NCBI GenBank assembly: GCA_964016885.1
Contig: OZ024744.1
Coordinates: forward strand, 120,094,001-120,158,000
Origin: Eledone cirrhosa
Lineage: Eukaryota
Reading direction: 5' to 3'
Length of the DNA: 64,000 bases
Every line of letters begins with the position of its first letter. The stretch's first letter is position 1. Of the stretch, positions 13,201 to 26,800 are shown piece after piece. Below the pieces are notes generated by a model. That model ran no database searches. It had not been told where the DNA came from and saw only the letters and a list, made by a program, of their open reading frames with translations. The position numbers were made by a program, and so were the translations under genes.

Positions 13201-16200
13201 TCATAGTATCAGATCTGTGATCTCTCAATTCAGAGATTATTTCCTGAGATATTCTAACCACATATCATAGTATCAGAGCTGTGATCTCTCAATTCAGAGA
13301 TTCTTTCCTGAGACATTCTAACCACATGTAATAGTATTAGATCTGTGATCTCTCAATTTAGAGATTCTTTCCTGAGACATTCTAACTCCATGTCCACAGT
13401 ATCAGAGCTGTGATCTCTCAATTTAGAGATTCTTTCCTGAGATATTCTAACCACATGTCATAGTATTAGAGATATGATCTCTCAATTCAGAGATTCTTTC
13501 CTGAGACATTCTAACCACATGTCTGTAGTATCAGAGCTGTATGCTCTCAATTCAGAGATTCTTTCCTGAGGCATTCTAACCACATGTCATAGTATCAGAG
13601 CTGTGATCTCTCAATTCAGAGATTCTTTCCTGAGACATTCTAACCACATGGCATAGTATCAGAGCTGTGATATCTCAATTCAGAGATTCTTTCCTGAGAT
13701 ATTCTACCACATGTCATAGTATCAGAGCTGGGATCTCTCAATTCAGATATTCTTTCCTGAGACATTCTAACCACATGTCATAGGATCAGTGTTGTGATCT
13801 CTCAATTCAGAGATTCTTTCCTGAGATATTCTAACCACATGTCATAGTATCAGAGCTGTGATCTCTCAATTCAGAGATTCTTTCCTGAGACATTCTTACC
13901 ACATGTCTGTAGTATCAGAGCTGTGATCTCTCAATTCAGAGATTCTTTCCTGAGAAATTCTAACCACATGTCATAGTATCAGAGCTGTGATCTCTCAATT
14001 CAGATATTCTTTCCTGAGACATTCTAACCACATGTCATAGTATCAGAGTTGTGATCTCTCAATTCACAGACTCTTTCCTGAGATATTGTAAACGCATGTC
14101 ATATTATCAGAGCTGTGATCTCTCAATTCAGAGATTCTATCCTGAGACATTCTAACCACATGTCATAGTATCAGAAATGTTCTCTCTAAATTTAGAGATT
14201 CTTTCATGAGATATTTTAACCACATGTCATAGTATCAGAGCTGTGATCTCCCAATTCAGACATTCTTTCCTGGGATATTCTAACCACATGTCATAGTATC
14301 AGAGCTGTGATCTCTCAATTCAGATATTCTTTCCTGAAACATTAAAGCCACATGTCATAGGATCAGAGTTGTGGTCTCTCAATTCAGAGATTCTTTCCTG
14401 AGATATTGTAAACACATGTCATATTATCAGAGCTGTGATCTCTCAATTCAGAGATTCTTTCCTGAGATATAGAATATATCACATGTCATATTATCAGAGC
14501 TGTGATCTCTCAATTCAGATATTCTTTCCGGAGACATTCTAACCACATGTCATATTATCAGAGTTGTGATCTCTCAATTCAGTGATTCTTTCCTGAGATA
14601 TTCTAACCAAATGTCATAGTATCAGAGCTGTGATATCTCAATTCAGAGATTCTTTCCTGAGACATTCTTACCACATGTCATAGTATCAGAGCTGTGATCT
14701 CTCAATTTAGAGATTCTTTCCTGAGACATTCTAACCACATGTCATAGTATCAGAACTGTGATTTCTCAATTCAGAGATTCTATCCTGAGACATTCTAACC
14801 ACATGTCATAGTATCAGAGCTGTTCTCTCTAAATTTAGAGATTCTTTCATAAGATATTTTAACCACATGTCATAGTATCAGAGCTGTGATCTCTCAATTC
14901 AGAGATTCATTCCTGAGACATTCTAAGCTCGTCATAGTATCAGAGCTGTGATATCTCAATTCAGAGATTCTTTCCTGAGATATTCTAACCACATGTCATA
15001 GTATTAGAGCTGTGATCTCTCAATTCGGAGATTCTTTCCTGAGACATTCTAACCACATGTCATAATATCAGAGCTGTGATCTCTTAATTTAGAGATTCTT
15101 TCATGAGATATTCTAACCACATGTCATAGTATCAGAGCTGTGATCTCTCAATTCAGAGATTCTTTCCTGAGACATTCTAACCACATGTCATAGTATCAGA
15201 GATGTCTTCTCTCAATTCAGAGATTCTTTCCTGAGACATTCTAACCACATGTCATAATATCAGAGCTGTGATCTCTTAATTTAGAGATTCTTTCATGAGA
15301 TATTCTAACCACATGTCATAGTATCAGAGCTGTGATCTCTCAATTCAGAGATTCTTTCCTGAGACATTCTAACCACATGTCATAGTATCAGAGCTGTGAT
15401 CTCTCAATTCAGAGATTCTTTCCTGAGACATTCTAACCACATGTCACAGTATCAGAGCTGTCATCTCTCAATTCAGAGATTCTTTCCTGAGACATTCTAA
15501 CCACATGTCATAGTATCAGATCTGTGATCTTTCAATTCAGAGATTATTTCCTGAGATATTCTAACCACATATCATAGTATCAGAGCTGTGATCTCTCAAT
15601 TCAGAGATTCTTTCCTGAGACATTCTAACCACATGTAATAGTATTAGATCTGTGATCTCTCAATTTAGAGATTCTTTCCTGAGACATTCTAACTCCATGT
15701 CCACAGTATCAGAGCTGTGATCTCTCAATTTAGAGATTCTTTCCTGAGATATTCTAACCACATATCATAGTATTAGAGATGTGATCTCTCAATTCAGAGA
15801 TTCTTTCCTGAGACATTCTAACCACATGTCTGTAGTATCAGAGCTGTATGCTCTCAATTCAGAGATTCTTTCCTGAGACATTCTAACCACATGTCATAGT
15901 ATCAGAGCTGTGATCTCTCAATTCAGAGATTCTTTCCTGAGACATTCTAACCACATGGCATAGTATCAGAGCTGTGATATCTCAATTCAGAGATTCTTTC
16001 CTGAGATATTCTACCACATGTCATAGTATCAGAGCTGGGATCTCTCAATTCAGATATTCTTTCCTGAGACATTCTAACCACATGTCATAGGATCAGTGTG
16101 GTGATCTCTCAATTCAGAGATTCTTTCCTGAGATATTCTAACCACATGTCATAGTATCAGAGCTGTGATCTCTCAATTCAGAGATTCTTTCCTGAGACAT

Positions 16201-19200
16201 TCTAACCACATGTCTGTAGTATCAGAGCTGTGATCTCTCAATTCAGAGATTTTTTCCTGAGAAATTCTAACCACATGTCATAGTATCAGAGCTGTGATCT
16301 CTCAATTCAGATATTCTTTCCTGAGACATTAAAGCCACATGTCATAGGATCAGAGTTGTGATCTCTCAAATCAGAGACTCTTTCCTGAGATATTGTAAAC
16401 GCAAGTCATATTATCAGAGCTGTGATCTCTCAATTCAGAGATTCTTTCCTGAGACATTCTAAACAACGTCATAGTATCAGAGCTGTGATATCTCAATTCA
16501 GAGATTCTTTCCTGAGACATTCTAACCACATGTCATAGTATCAGAACTGTTCTCTCTAAATTTAGAGATTCTTTCATGAGATATTTTAACCACATGTCAT
16601 AGTATCAGAGCTGTGATCTCCCAATTCAGACATTCTTTCCTGGGATATTCTAACCACATGTCATAGCATCAGAGCTGTGATCTCTCAATTCAGAGATTCT
16701 TTCCTGATACATTCTAACCACATGTCATAGTATCAGAGCTGTGATCTCTCAATTCAGAGATTCTTTCCTGAGACATTCTAAACAACGTCATAGTATCAGA
16801 GCTGTGATATCTCAATTCAGAGATTCTTTCCTGAGACATTCTAATCACATGTCATAGTATCAGAGCTGTGATCTCTCAATTTAGATATTCTTTCCTGAGA
16901 TATTCTAACCACATGTCATAGTATTAGAGCTGTGATCTCTCAATTCAGAGGTTCTTTCCTGAGACATTCTAACCACATGTCTGTAGTATCAGAGCTGTGT
17001 CTCTCAATTAAGAGATTCTTTCCTGGGACATTCTAACCACATGTCATAGTATCAGAGCTGTGATCTCTCAATTCAGAGATTCATTCCTGAGACATTCTAA
17101 GCTCGTCATAGTATCAGAGCTGTGATATCTCAATTCAGAGATTCTTTCCTGAGATATTCTAACCACATGTCATAGTATTAGAGCTGTGATCTCTCAATTC
17201 GGAGATTCTTTCCTGAGACATTCTAACCACATGTCTGTAGTATCAGAGCTGTATGCTCTCAATTCAGAGATTCTTTCCTGAGACATTCTAACCACATGTC
17301 ATAGTATCAGGGCTGTGATCTCTCAATTGAGAGATTCTTTCCTGAGACATTTTAACCACATGTCATAGTATCAGAGGTGTGATCTCTTAATTTAGAGATT
17401 CTTTCATGAGATATTCTAACCACATGTCATGGTATCAGAGCTGTGATACCTCAATTCAGAGATGCTTTCCTGAGACATTCTAACCACATGTCATAGTATC
17501 AGGGCTGTGATCTCTCAATTCAGAGATTCTTTCCTGAGACATTCTAACCACATGTGATAATATCAGAGCTTTGATATCTCAATTCAGAGATTCTTTCCTG
17601 AGATATTCTAACCACATGTCATAGTATCAGAGATGTCTTCTCTCAATTCAGAGATTCTTTCCTGAGACATTCTAACCACATGTCATAATATCAGAGCTGT
17701 GATCTCTTAATTTAGAGATTCTTTCATGAGATATTCTAACCACATGTCATAGTATCAGAGCTGTGATCTCTCAATTCAGAGATTCTTTCCTGAGACATTC
17801 TAACCACATGTCATAGTATCAGAGCTGTGATCTCTCAATTCAGAGATTCTTTCCTGAGACATTCTAACCACATGTCACAGTATCAGAGCTGTCATCTCTC
17901 AATTCAGAGATTCTTTCCTGAGACATTCTAACCACATGTCATAGTATCAGATCTGTGATCTCTCAATTCAGAGATTATTTCCTGAGATATTCTAACCACA
18001 TATCATAGTATCAGAGCTGTGATCTCTCAATTCAGAGATTCTTTCCTGAGACATTCTAACCACATGTAATAGTATTAGATCTGTGATCTCTCAATTTAGA
18101 GATTCTTTCCTGAGACATTCTAACTCCATGTCCACAGTATCAGAGCTGTGATCTCTCAATTTAGAGATTCTTTCCTGAGATATTCTAACCACATGTCATA
18201 GTATTAGAGATGTGATCTCTCAATTCAGAGATTCTTTCCTGAGACATTCTAACCACATGTCTGTAGTATCAGAGCTGTATGCTCTCAATTCAGAGATTCT
18301 TTCCTGAGACATTCTAACCACATGTCATAGTATCAGAGCTGTGATCTCTCAATTCAGAGATTCTTTCCTGAGACATTCTAACCACATGGCATAGTATCAG
18401 AGCTGTGATATCTCAATTCAGAGATTCTTTCCTGAGATATTCTACCACATGTCATAGTATCAGAGCTGGGAACTCTCAATTCAGATATTCTTTCCTGAGA
18501 CATTCTAAACACATGTCATAGGATCAGTGTTGTGATCTCTCAATTCAGAGATTCTTTCCTGAGATATTCTAACCACATATCATAGTATTAGAGATGTGAT
18601 CTCTCAATTCAGAGATTCTTTCCTGAGACATTCTAACCACATGTCTGTAGTATCAGAGCTGTATGCTCTCAATTCAGAGATTCTTTCCTGAGACATTCTA
18701 ACCACATGTCATAGTATCAGAGCTGTGATCTCTCAATTCAGAGATTCTTTCCTGAGACATTCTAACCACATGGCATAGTATCAGAGCTGTGATATCTCAA
18801 TTCAGAGATTCTTTCCTGAGATATTCTACCACATGTCATAGTATCAGAGCTGGGATCTCTCAATTCAGATATTCTTTCCTGAGACATTCTAACCACATAT
18901 CATAGGATCAGTGTTGTGATCTCTCAATTCAGAGATTCTTTCCTGAGATATTCTAACCACATGTCATAGTATCAGAGCTGTGATCTCTCAATTCAGAGAT
19001 TCTTTCCTGAGACATTCTAACCACATGTCTGTAGTATCAGAGCTGTGATCTCTCAATTCAGAGATTTTTTCCTGAGAAATTCTAACCACATGTCATAGTA
19101 TCAGAGCTGTGATCTCTCAATTCAGATATTCTTTCCTGAGACATTCTAACCACATGTCATAGTATCAGAGCTGTGATCTCTCAATTCAGATATTCTTTCC

Positions 19201-22200
19201 TGAGACATTAAAGCCACATGTCATAGGATCAGAGTTGTGATCTCTCAATTCAGAGACACTTTCCTGAGATATTGTAAACGCAAGTCATATTATCAGAGCT
19301 GTGATCTCTCAATTCAGAGATTCTATCCTGAGACATTCTAACCACATGTCATAGTATCAGAACTGTTCTCTCTAAATTTAGAGATTCTTTCATGAGATAT
19401 TTTAACCACATGTCATAGTATCAGAGCTGTGATCTCCCAATTCAGACATTCTTTCCTGGGATATTCTAACCACATATCATAGTATCAGAGCTGTGATCTC
19501 TCAATTCAGAGATTCTTTCCTGATACATTCTAACCACATGTCATAGTATCAGAGCTGTGATCTCTCAATTCAGAGATTCTTTCCTGAGACATTCTAAACA
19601 ACGTCATAGTATCAGAGCTGTGATATCTCAATTCAGAGATTCTTTCCTGAGACATTCTAATCACATGTCATAGTATCAGAGCTGTGATCTCTCAATTTAG
19701 ATATTCTTTCCTGAGATATTCTAACCACATGTCATAGTATTAGAGCTGTGATCTCTCAATTCAGAGGTTCTTTCCTGAGACATTCTAACCACATGTCTGT
19801 AGTATCAGAGCTGTGATCTCTCAATTAAGAGATTCGTTCCTGGGACATTCTAACCACATGTCATAGTATCAGGGCTGTGATCTCTCAATTCAGAGATTCT
19901 TTCCTGAGACATTTTAACCACATGTCATAGTATCAGAGCTGTGATCTCTTAATTTAGAGATTCTTTCATGAGATATTCTAACCACATGTCATAGTATCAG
20001 AGCTGTGATATCTCAATTCAGAGATGCTTTCCTGAGACATTCTAACCACATGTCATAGTATCAGAGCTGTGATCTCTCAATTCAGAGATTCTTTCCTGAG
20101 ACATTCTAACCACATGTCATAGTATCAGAACTTTGATATCTCAATTCAGAGTTTCTTTCCTGAGATATTCTAACCACATGTCATAGTATCAGAGATGTCT
20201 TCTCTCAATTCAGAGATTCTTTCCTGAGACATTCTAACCACATGTCATAATATCAGAGCTGTGATCTCTTAATTTAGAGATTCTTTCATGAGATATTCTA
20301 ACCACATGTCATAGTATCAGAGCTGTGATTTCTCAATTCAGAGATTCTTTCCTGAGACATTCTAACCACATGTCATAGTATCAGAGCTGTGCTCTCTCAA
20401 TTCAGAGATTCTTTCCTGAGACATTCTAACCACATGTCACAGTATCAGAGCTGTGATCTCTCAATTCAGAGATTCTTTCCTGAGACATTCTAACCACATG
20501 TCATAGTATCAGATCTGTGATCTCTCAATTCAGAGATTATTTCCTGAGATATTCTAACCACATATCATAGTATCAGAGCTGTGATCTCTCAATTCAGAGA
20601 TTCTTTCCTGAGACATTCTAACCACATGTAATAGTATTAGATCTGTGATCTCTCAATTTAGAGATTCTTTCCTGAGACATTCTAACTCCATGTCTACAGT
20701 ATCAGAGCTGTGATCTCTCAATTTAGAGATTCTTTCCTGAGATATTCTAACCACATGTCATAGTATTAGAGATGTGATCTCTCAATTCAGAGATTCTTTC
20801 CTGAGACATTCTAACCACATATCTGTAGTATCAGAGCTGTATGCTCTCAATTCAGAGATTCTTTCCTGAGACATTCTAACCACATGTCATAGTATCAGAG
20901 CTGTGATCTCTCAATTCAGAGATTCTTTCCTGAGACATTCTAACCACATGGCATAGTATCAGAGCTGTGATATTTCAATTCAGAGATTCTTTCCTGAGAT
21001 ATTCTACCACATGTCATAGTATCAGAGCTGGGATCTCTCAATTCAGATATTCTTTCCTGAGACATTCTAACCACATGTCATAGGATCAGTGTTGTGATCT
21101 CTCAATTCAGAGATTCTTTCCTGAGATATTCTAACCACATGTCATAGTATCAGAGCTGTGATCTCTCAATTCAGAGATTCTTTCCTGAGACATTCTAACC
21201 ACATGGCATAGTATCAGAGCTGTGATATCTCAATTCAGAGATTCTTTCCTGAGATATTCTACCACATGTCATAGTATCAGAGATGGGATCTCTCAATTCA
21301 GATATTTATTCTTTCCTGAGACATTCTAACCACATGTCATAGGATCAGTGTTGTGATCTCTCAATTCAGAGATTCTTTCCTGAGATATTCTAACCACATG
21401 TCATAGTATCAGGGCTGTGATCTCTCAATTCAGATATTCTTTCCTGAGACATTCTAACCACATGTCATAGTATTAGAGTTGTGATCTCTCAATTCAGAGA
21501 CTCTTTCCTGAGATATTGTAAACGCATGTCATATTATCAGAGCTGTGATCTCTCAATTCAGAGATTCTATCCTGAGACATTCTAACCACATGTCATAGTA
21601 TCAGAACTGTTCTCTGTAAATTTAGAGATTCTTTCATGAGATATTTTAACCACATGTCATAGTATCAGAGCTGTGATCTCCCAATTCAGACATTCTTTCC
21701 TGGGATATTCTAACCACATGTCATAGTATCAGAGCTGTGATCTCTCAATTCAGATAATCTTTCCTGAAACATTAAAGCCACATGTCATAGGATCAGAGTT
21801 GTGGTCTCTCAATTCAGAGATTCTTTCCTGAGATATTGTAAACACATGTCATATTATCAGAGCTGTGATCTCTCAATTCAGAGATTCTTTCCTGAGATAT
21901 AGAATATATCACATGTCATATTATCAGAGCTGTGATCTCTCAATTCAGATATTCTTTCCGGAGACATTCTAACCACATGTCATATTATCAGAGTTGTGAT
22001 CTCTCAATTCAGTGATTCTTTCCTGAGATATTCTAACCAAATGTCATAGTATCAGAGCTGTGATATCTCAATTCAGAGATTCTTTCCTGAGACATTCTTA
22101 CCACATGTCATAGTATCAGAGCTGTGATCTCTCAATTTAGAGATTCTTTCCTGAGACATTCTAACCACATGTCATAGTATCAGAACTGTGATTTCTCAAT

Positions 22201-23849
22201 TCAGAGATTCTATCCTGAGACATTCTAACCACATGTCATAGTATCAGAGCTGTTCTCTCTAAATTTAGAGATTCTTTCATAAGATATTTTAACCACATGT
22301 CATAGTATCAGAGCTGTGATCTCTCAATTCAGAGATTCATTCCTGAGACATTCTAAGCTCGTCATAGTATCAGAGCTGTGATATCTCAATTCAGAGATTC
22401 TTTCCTGAGATATTCTAACCACATGTCATAGTATTAGAGCTGTGATCTCTCAATTCGGAGATTCTTTCCTGAGACATTCTAACCACATGTCTGTAGTATC
22501 AGAGCTGTATGCTCTCAATTCAGAGATTCTTTCCTGAGACATTCTAACCACATGTCATAGTATCATGGCTGTGATCTCTCAATTCAGAGATTCTTTCCTG
22601 AGACATTTTAACCACATGTCATAGTATCGGAGGTGTGATCTCTTAATTTAGAGATTCTTTCATGAGATATTCTAACCACATGTCATAGTATCAGAGCTGT
22701 GATATCTCAATTCAGAGATGCTTTCCTGAGACATTCTAACCACACGTCATAGTATCAGGGCTGTGATCTCTCAATTCAGAGATTCTTTCCTGAGACATTC
22801 TAACCACATGTCATAGTATCAGAGCTTTGATATCTCAATTCAGAGATTCTTTCCTGAGATATTCTAACCACATGTCATAGTATCAGAGATGTCTTCTCTC
22901 AATTCAGAGATTCTTTCCTGAGACATTCTAACCACATGTCATAATATCAGAGCTGTGATCTCTTAATTTAGAGATTCTTTCATGAGATATTCTAACCACA
23001 TGTCATAGTATCAGAGCTGTGATCTCTCAATTCAGAGATTCTTTCCTGAGACATTCTAACCACATGTCATAGTATCAGAGCTGTGATCTCTCAATTCAGA
23101 GATTCTTTCCTGAGACATTCTAACCACATGTCACAGTATCAGAGCTGTCATCTCTCAATTCAGAGATTCTTTCCTGAGACATTCTAACCACATGTCATAG
23201 TATCAGATCTGTGATCTCTCAATTCAGAGATTATTTCCTGAGATATTCTAACCACATATCATAGTATCAGAGCTGTGATCTCTCAATTCAGAGATTCTTT
23301 CCTGAGACATTCTAACCACATGTAATAGTATTAGATCTGTGATCTCTCAATTTAGAGATTCTTTCCTGAGACATTCTAACTCCATGTCCACAGTATCAGA
23401 GCTGTGATCTCTCAATTTAGAGATTCTTTCCTGAGATATTCTAACCACATGTCATAGTATTAGAGATGTGATCTCTCAATTCAGAGATTCTTTCCTGAGA
23501 CATTCTAACCACATGTCTGTAGTATCAGAGATGTATGCGCTCAATTCAGAGATTCTTTCCTGAGACATTCTAACCACATGTCATAGTATCAGAGCTGTGA
23601 TCTCTCAATTCAGAGATTCTTTCCTGAGACATTCTAACCACATGGCATAGTATCAGAGCTGTGATATCTCAATTCAGAGATTCTTTCCTGAGATATTCTA
23701 CCACATGTCATAGTATCAGAGCTGGGATCTCTCAATTCAGATATTCTTTCCTGAGACATTCTAACCACATGTCATAGGATCAGTGTTGTGATCTCTCAAT
23801 TCAGAGATTCTTTCCTGAGATATTCTAACCACATGTCATAGTATCAGAG

Positions 23850-26800
23850 CTGTGATCTCTCAATTCAGAGATTCTTTCCTGAGACATTCTAACCACATGT
23901 CTGTAGTATCAGAGCTGTGATCTCTCAATTCAGAGATTCTTTCCTGAGAAATTCTAACCACATGTCATAGTATCAGAGCTGTGATCTCTCAATTCAGATA
24001 TTCTTTCCTGAGACATTCTAACCACATGTCATAGTATCAGAGCTGTGATCTCTCAATTCAGATATTCTTTCCTGAGACAATAAAGCCACATGTCATAGGA
24101 TCAGAGTTGTGATCTCTCAATTCAGAGACTCTTTCCTGAGATATTGTAAACGCAAGTCATATTATCAGAGCTGTGATCTCGCAATTCAGAGATTCTATCC
24201 TGTGACATTCTAACCACATGTCATAGTATCAGAACTGTTCTCTCTAAATTTAGAGATTCTTTCATGAGATATTTTAACCACATGTCATAGTATCAGAGCT
24301 GTGATCTCCCAATTCAGACATTCTTTCCTGGGATATTCTAACCACATGTCATAGTATCAGAGCTGTGATCTCTCAATTCAGAGATTCTTTCCTGATACAT
24401 TCTAACCACATGTCATAGTATCAGAGCTGTGATCTCTCAATTCAGAGATTCTTTCCTGAGACATTCTAACCACGTCATAGTATCAGAGCTGTGATATCTC
24501 AATTCAGAGATTCTTTCCTGAGACATTCTAATCACATATCATAGTATCAGAGCTGTGATCTCTCAATTCAGAGATTCTTTCCTGAGACATTCTAACCACA
24601 TGTAATAGTATTAGATCTGTGATCTCTCAATTTAGAGATTCTTTCCTGAGACATTCTAACTCCATGTCCACAGTATCAGAGCTGTGATCTCTCAATTTAG
24701 AGATTCTTTCCTGAGATATTCTAACCACATGTCATAGTATTAGAGATGTGATCTCTCAATTCAGAGATTCTTTCCTGAGACATTCTAACCACATGTCTGT
24801 AGTATGAGAGCTGTATGCTCTCAATTCAGAGATTCTTTCCTGAGGCATTCTAACCACATGTCATAGTATCAGAGCTGTGATCTCTCAATTCAGAGATTCT
24901 TTCCTGAGACATTCTAACCACATGGCATAGTATCAGAGCTGTGATATCTCAATTCAGAGATTCTTTCCTGAGATATTCTACCACATGTCATATTATCAGA
25001 GCTGGGATCTCTCAATTCAGATATTCTTTCCTGAGACATTCTAACCACATGTCATAGGATCAGTGTTGTGATCTCTCAATTCAGAGATTCTTTCCTGAGA
25101 TATTCTAACCACATGTCATAGTATCAGAGCTGTGATCTCTCAATTCAGAGATTCTTTCCTGAGACATTCTTACCACATGTCTGTAGTATCAGAGCTGTGA
25201 TCTCTCAATTCAGAGATTGTTTCCTGAGAAATTCTAACCACATGTCATAGTATCAGAGCTGTGATCTCTCAATTCAGATATTCTTTCCTGAGACATTCTA
25301 ACCACATGTCATAGTATCAGAGTTGTGATCTCTCAATTCAGAGACTCTTTCCTGAGATATTGTAAACGCATGTCATATTATCAGAGCTGTGATCTCTCAA
25401 TTCAGAGATTCTATCCTGAGACATTCTAACCACATGTCATAGTATCAGAACTGTTCTCTCTAAATTTAGAGATTCTTTCATGATATATTTTAACCACATG
25501 TCATAGTATCAGAGCTGTGATCTCCCAATTCAGACATTCTTTCCTGGGATATTCTAACCACATGTCATAGTATCAGAGCTGTGATCTCTCAATTCAGATA
25601 TTCTTTCCTGAAACATTAAAGCCACATGTCATAGGATCAGAGTTGTGGTCTCTCAATTCAGAGATTCTTTCCTGAGATATTGTAAACACATGTCATATTA
25701 TCAGAGCTGTGATCTCTCAATTCAGAGATTCTTTCCTGAGACATTCTTACCACATGTCTGTAGTATCAGAGTTGTAATCTCTCAATTCAGATATTCTTTC
25801 CGGAGACATTCTAACCACATGTCATATTATCAGAGTTGTGATCTCTCAATTCAGTGATTCTTTCCTGAGATATTCTAACCAAATGTCATAGTATCAGAGC
25901 TGTGATATCTCAATTCAGAGATTCTTTCCTGAGACATTCTTACCACATGTCATAGTATCAGAGCTGTGATCTCTCAATTTAGAGATTCTTTCCTGAGACA
26001 TTCTAACCACATGTCATAGTATCAGAACTGTGATTTCTCAATTCAGAGATTCTATCCTGAGACATTCTAACCACATGTCATAGTATCAGAGCTGTTCTCT
26101 CTAAATTTAGAGATTCTTTCATAAGATATTTTAACCACATGTCATAGTATCAGAGCTGTGATCTCTCAATTCAGAGATTCATTCCTGAGACATTCTAAGC
26201 TCGTCATAGTATCAGAGCTGTGATATCTCAATTCAGAGATTCTTTCCTGAGATATTCTAACCACATGTCATAGTATTAGAGCTGTGATCTCTCAATTCGG
26301 AGATTCTTTCCTGAGACATTCTAACCACATGTCATAATATCAGAGCTGTGATCTCTTAATTTAGAGATTCTTTCATGAGATATTCTAACCACATGTCATA
26401 GTATCAGAGCTGTGATCTCTCAATTCAGAGATTCTTTCCTGAGACATTCTAACCACATGTCATAGTATCAGAGATGTCTTCTCTCAATTCAGAGATTCTT
26501 TCCTGAGACATTCTAACCACATGTCATAATATCAGAGCTGTGATCTCTTAATTAAGAGATTCTTTCATGAGATAGTCTAACCACATGTCATAGTATCAGA
26601 GCTGTGATCTCTCAATTCAGAGATTCTTTCCTGAGACATTCTAACCACATGTCATAGTATCAGAGCTGTGATCTCTCAATTCAGAGATTCTTTCCTGAGA
26701 TATTCTAACCACATATCATAGTATCAGAGCTGTGATCTCTCAATTCAGAGATTCTTTCCTGAGACATTCTAACCACATGTAATAGTATTAGATCTGTGAT

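Noticed and set aside
21301-21312. Apparent foreign insertion GATATTTATTCT
   Set aside because: It is only a 4-bp local duplication (TATT) in one monomer, not a mobile element footprint that I can support.
25645-25857. 70-aa ORF on the + strand
   Set aside because: It consists of about 3.3 satellite monomers in which branch-B variants remove stop codons. It has a GTG start from a variant monomer, the peptide simply cycles through the monomer's reading frames, and there is no gene context.
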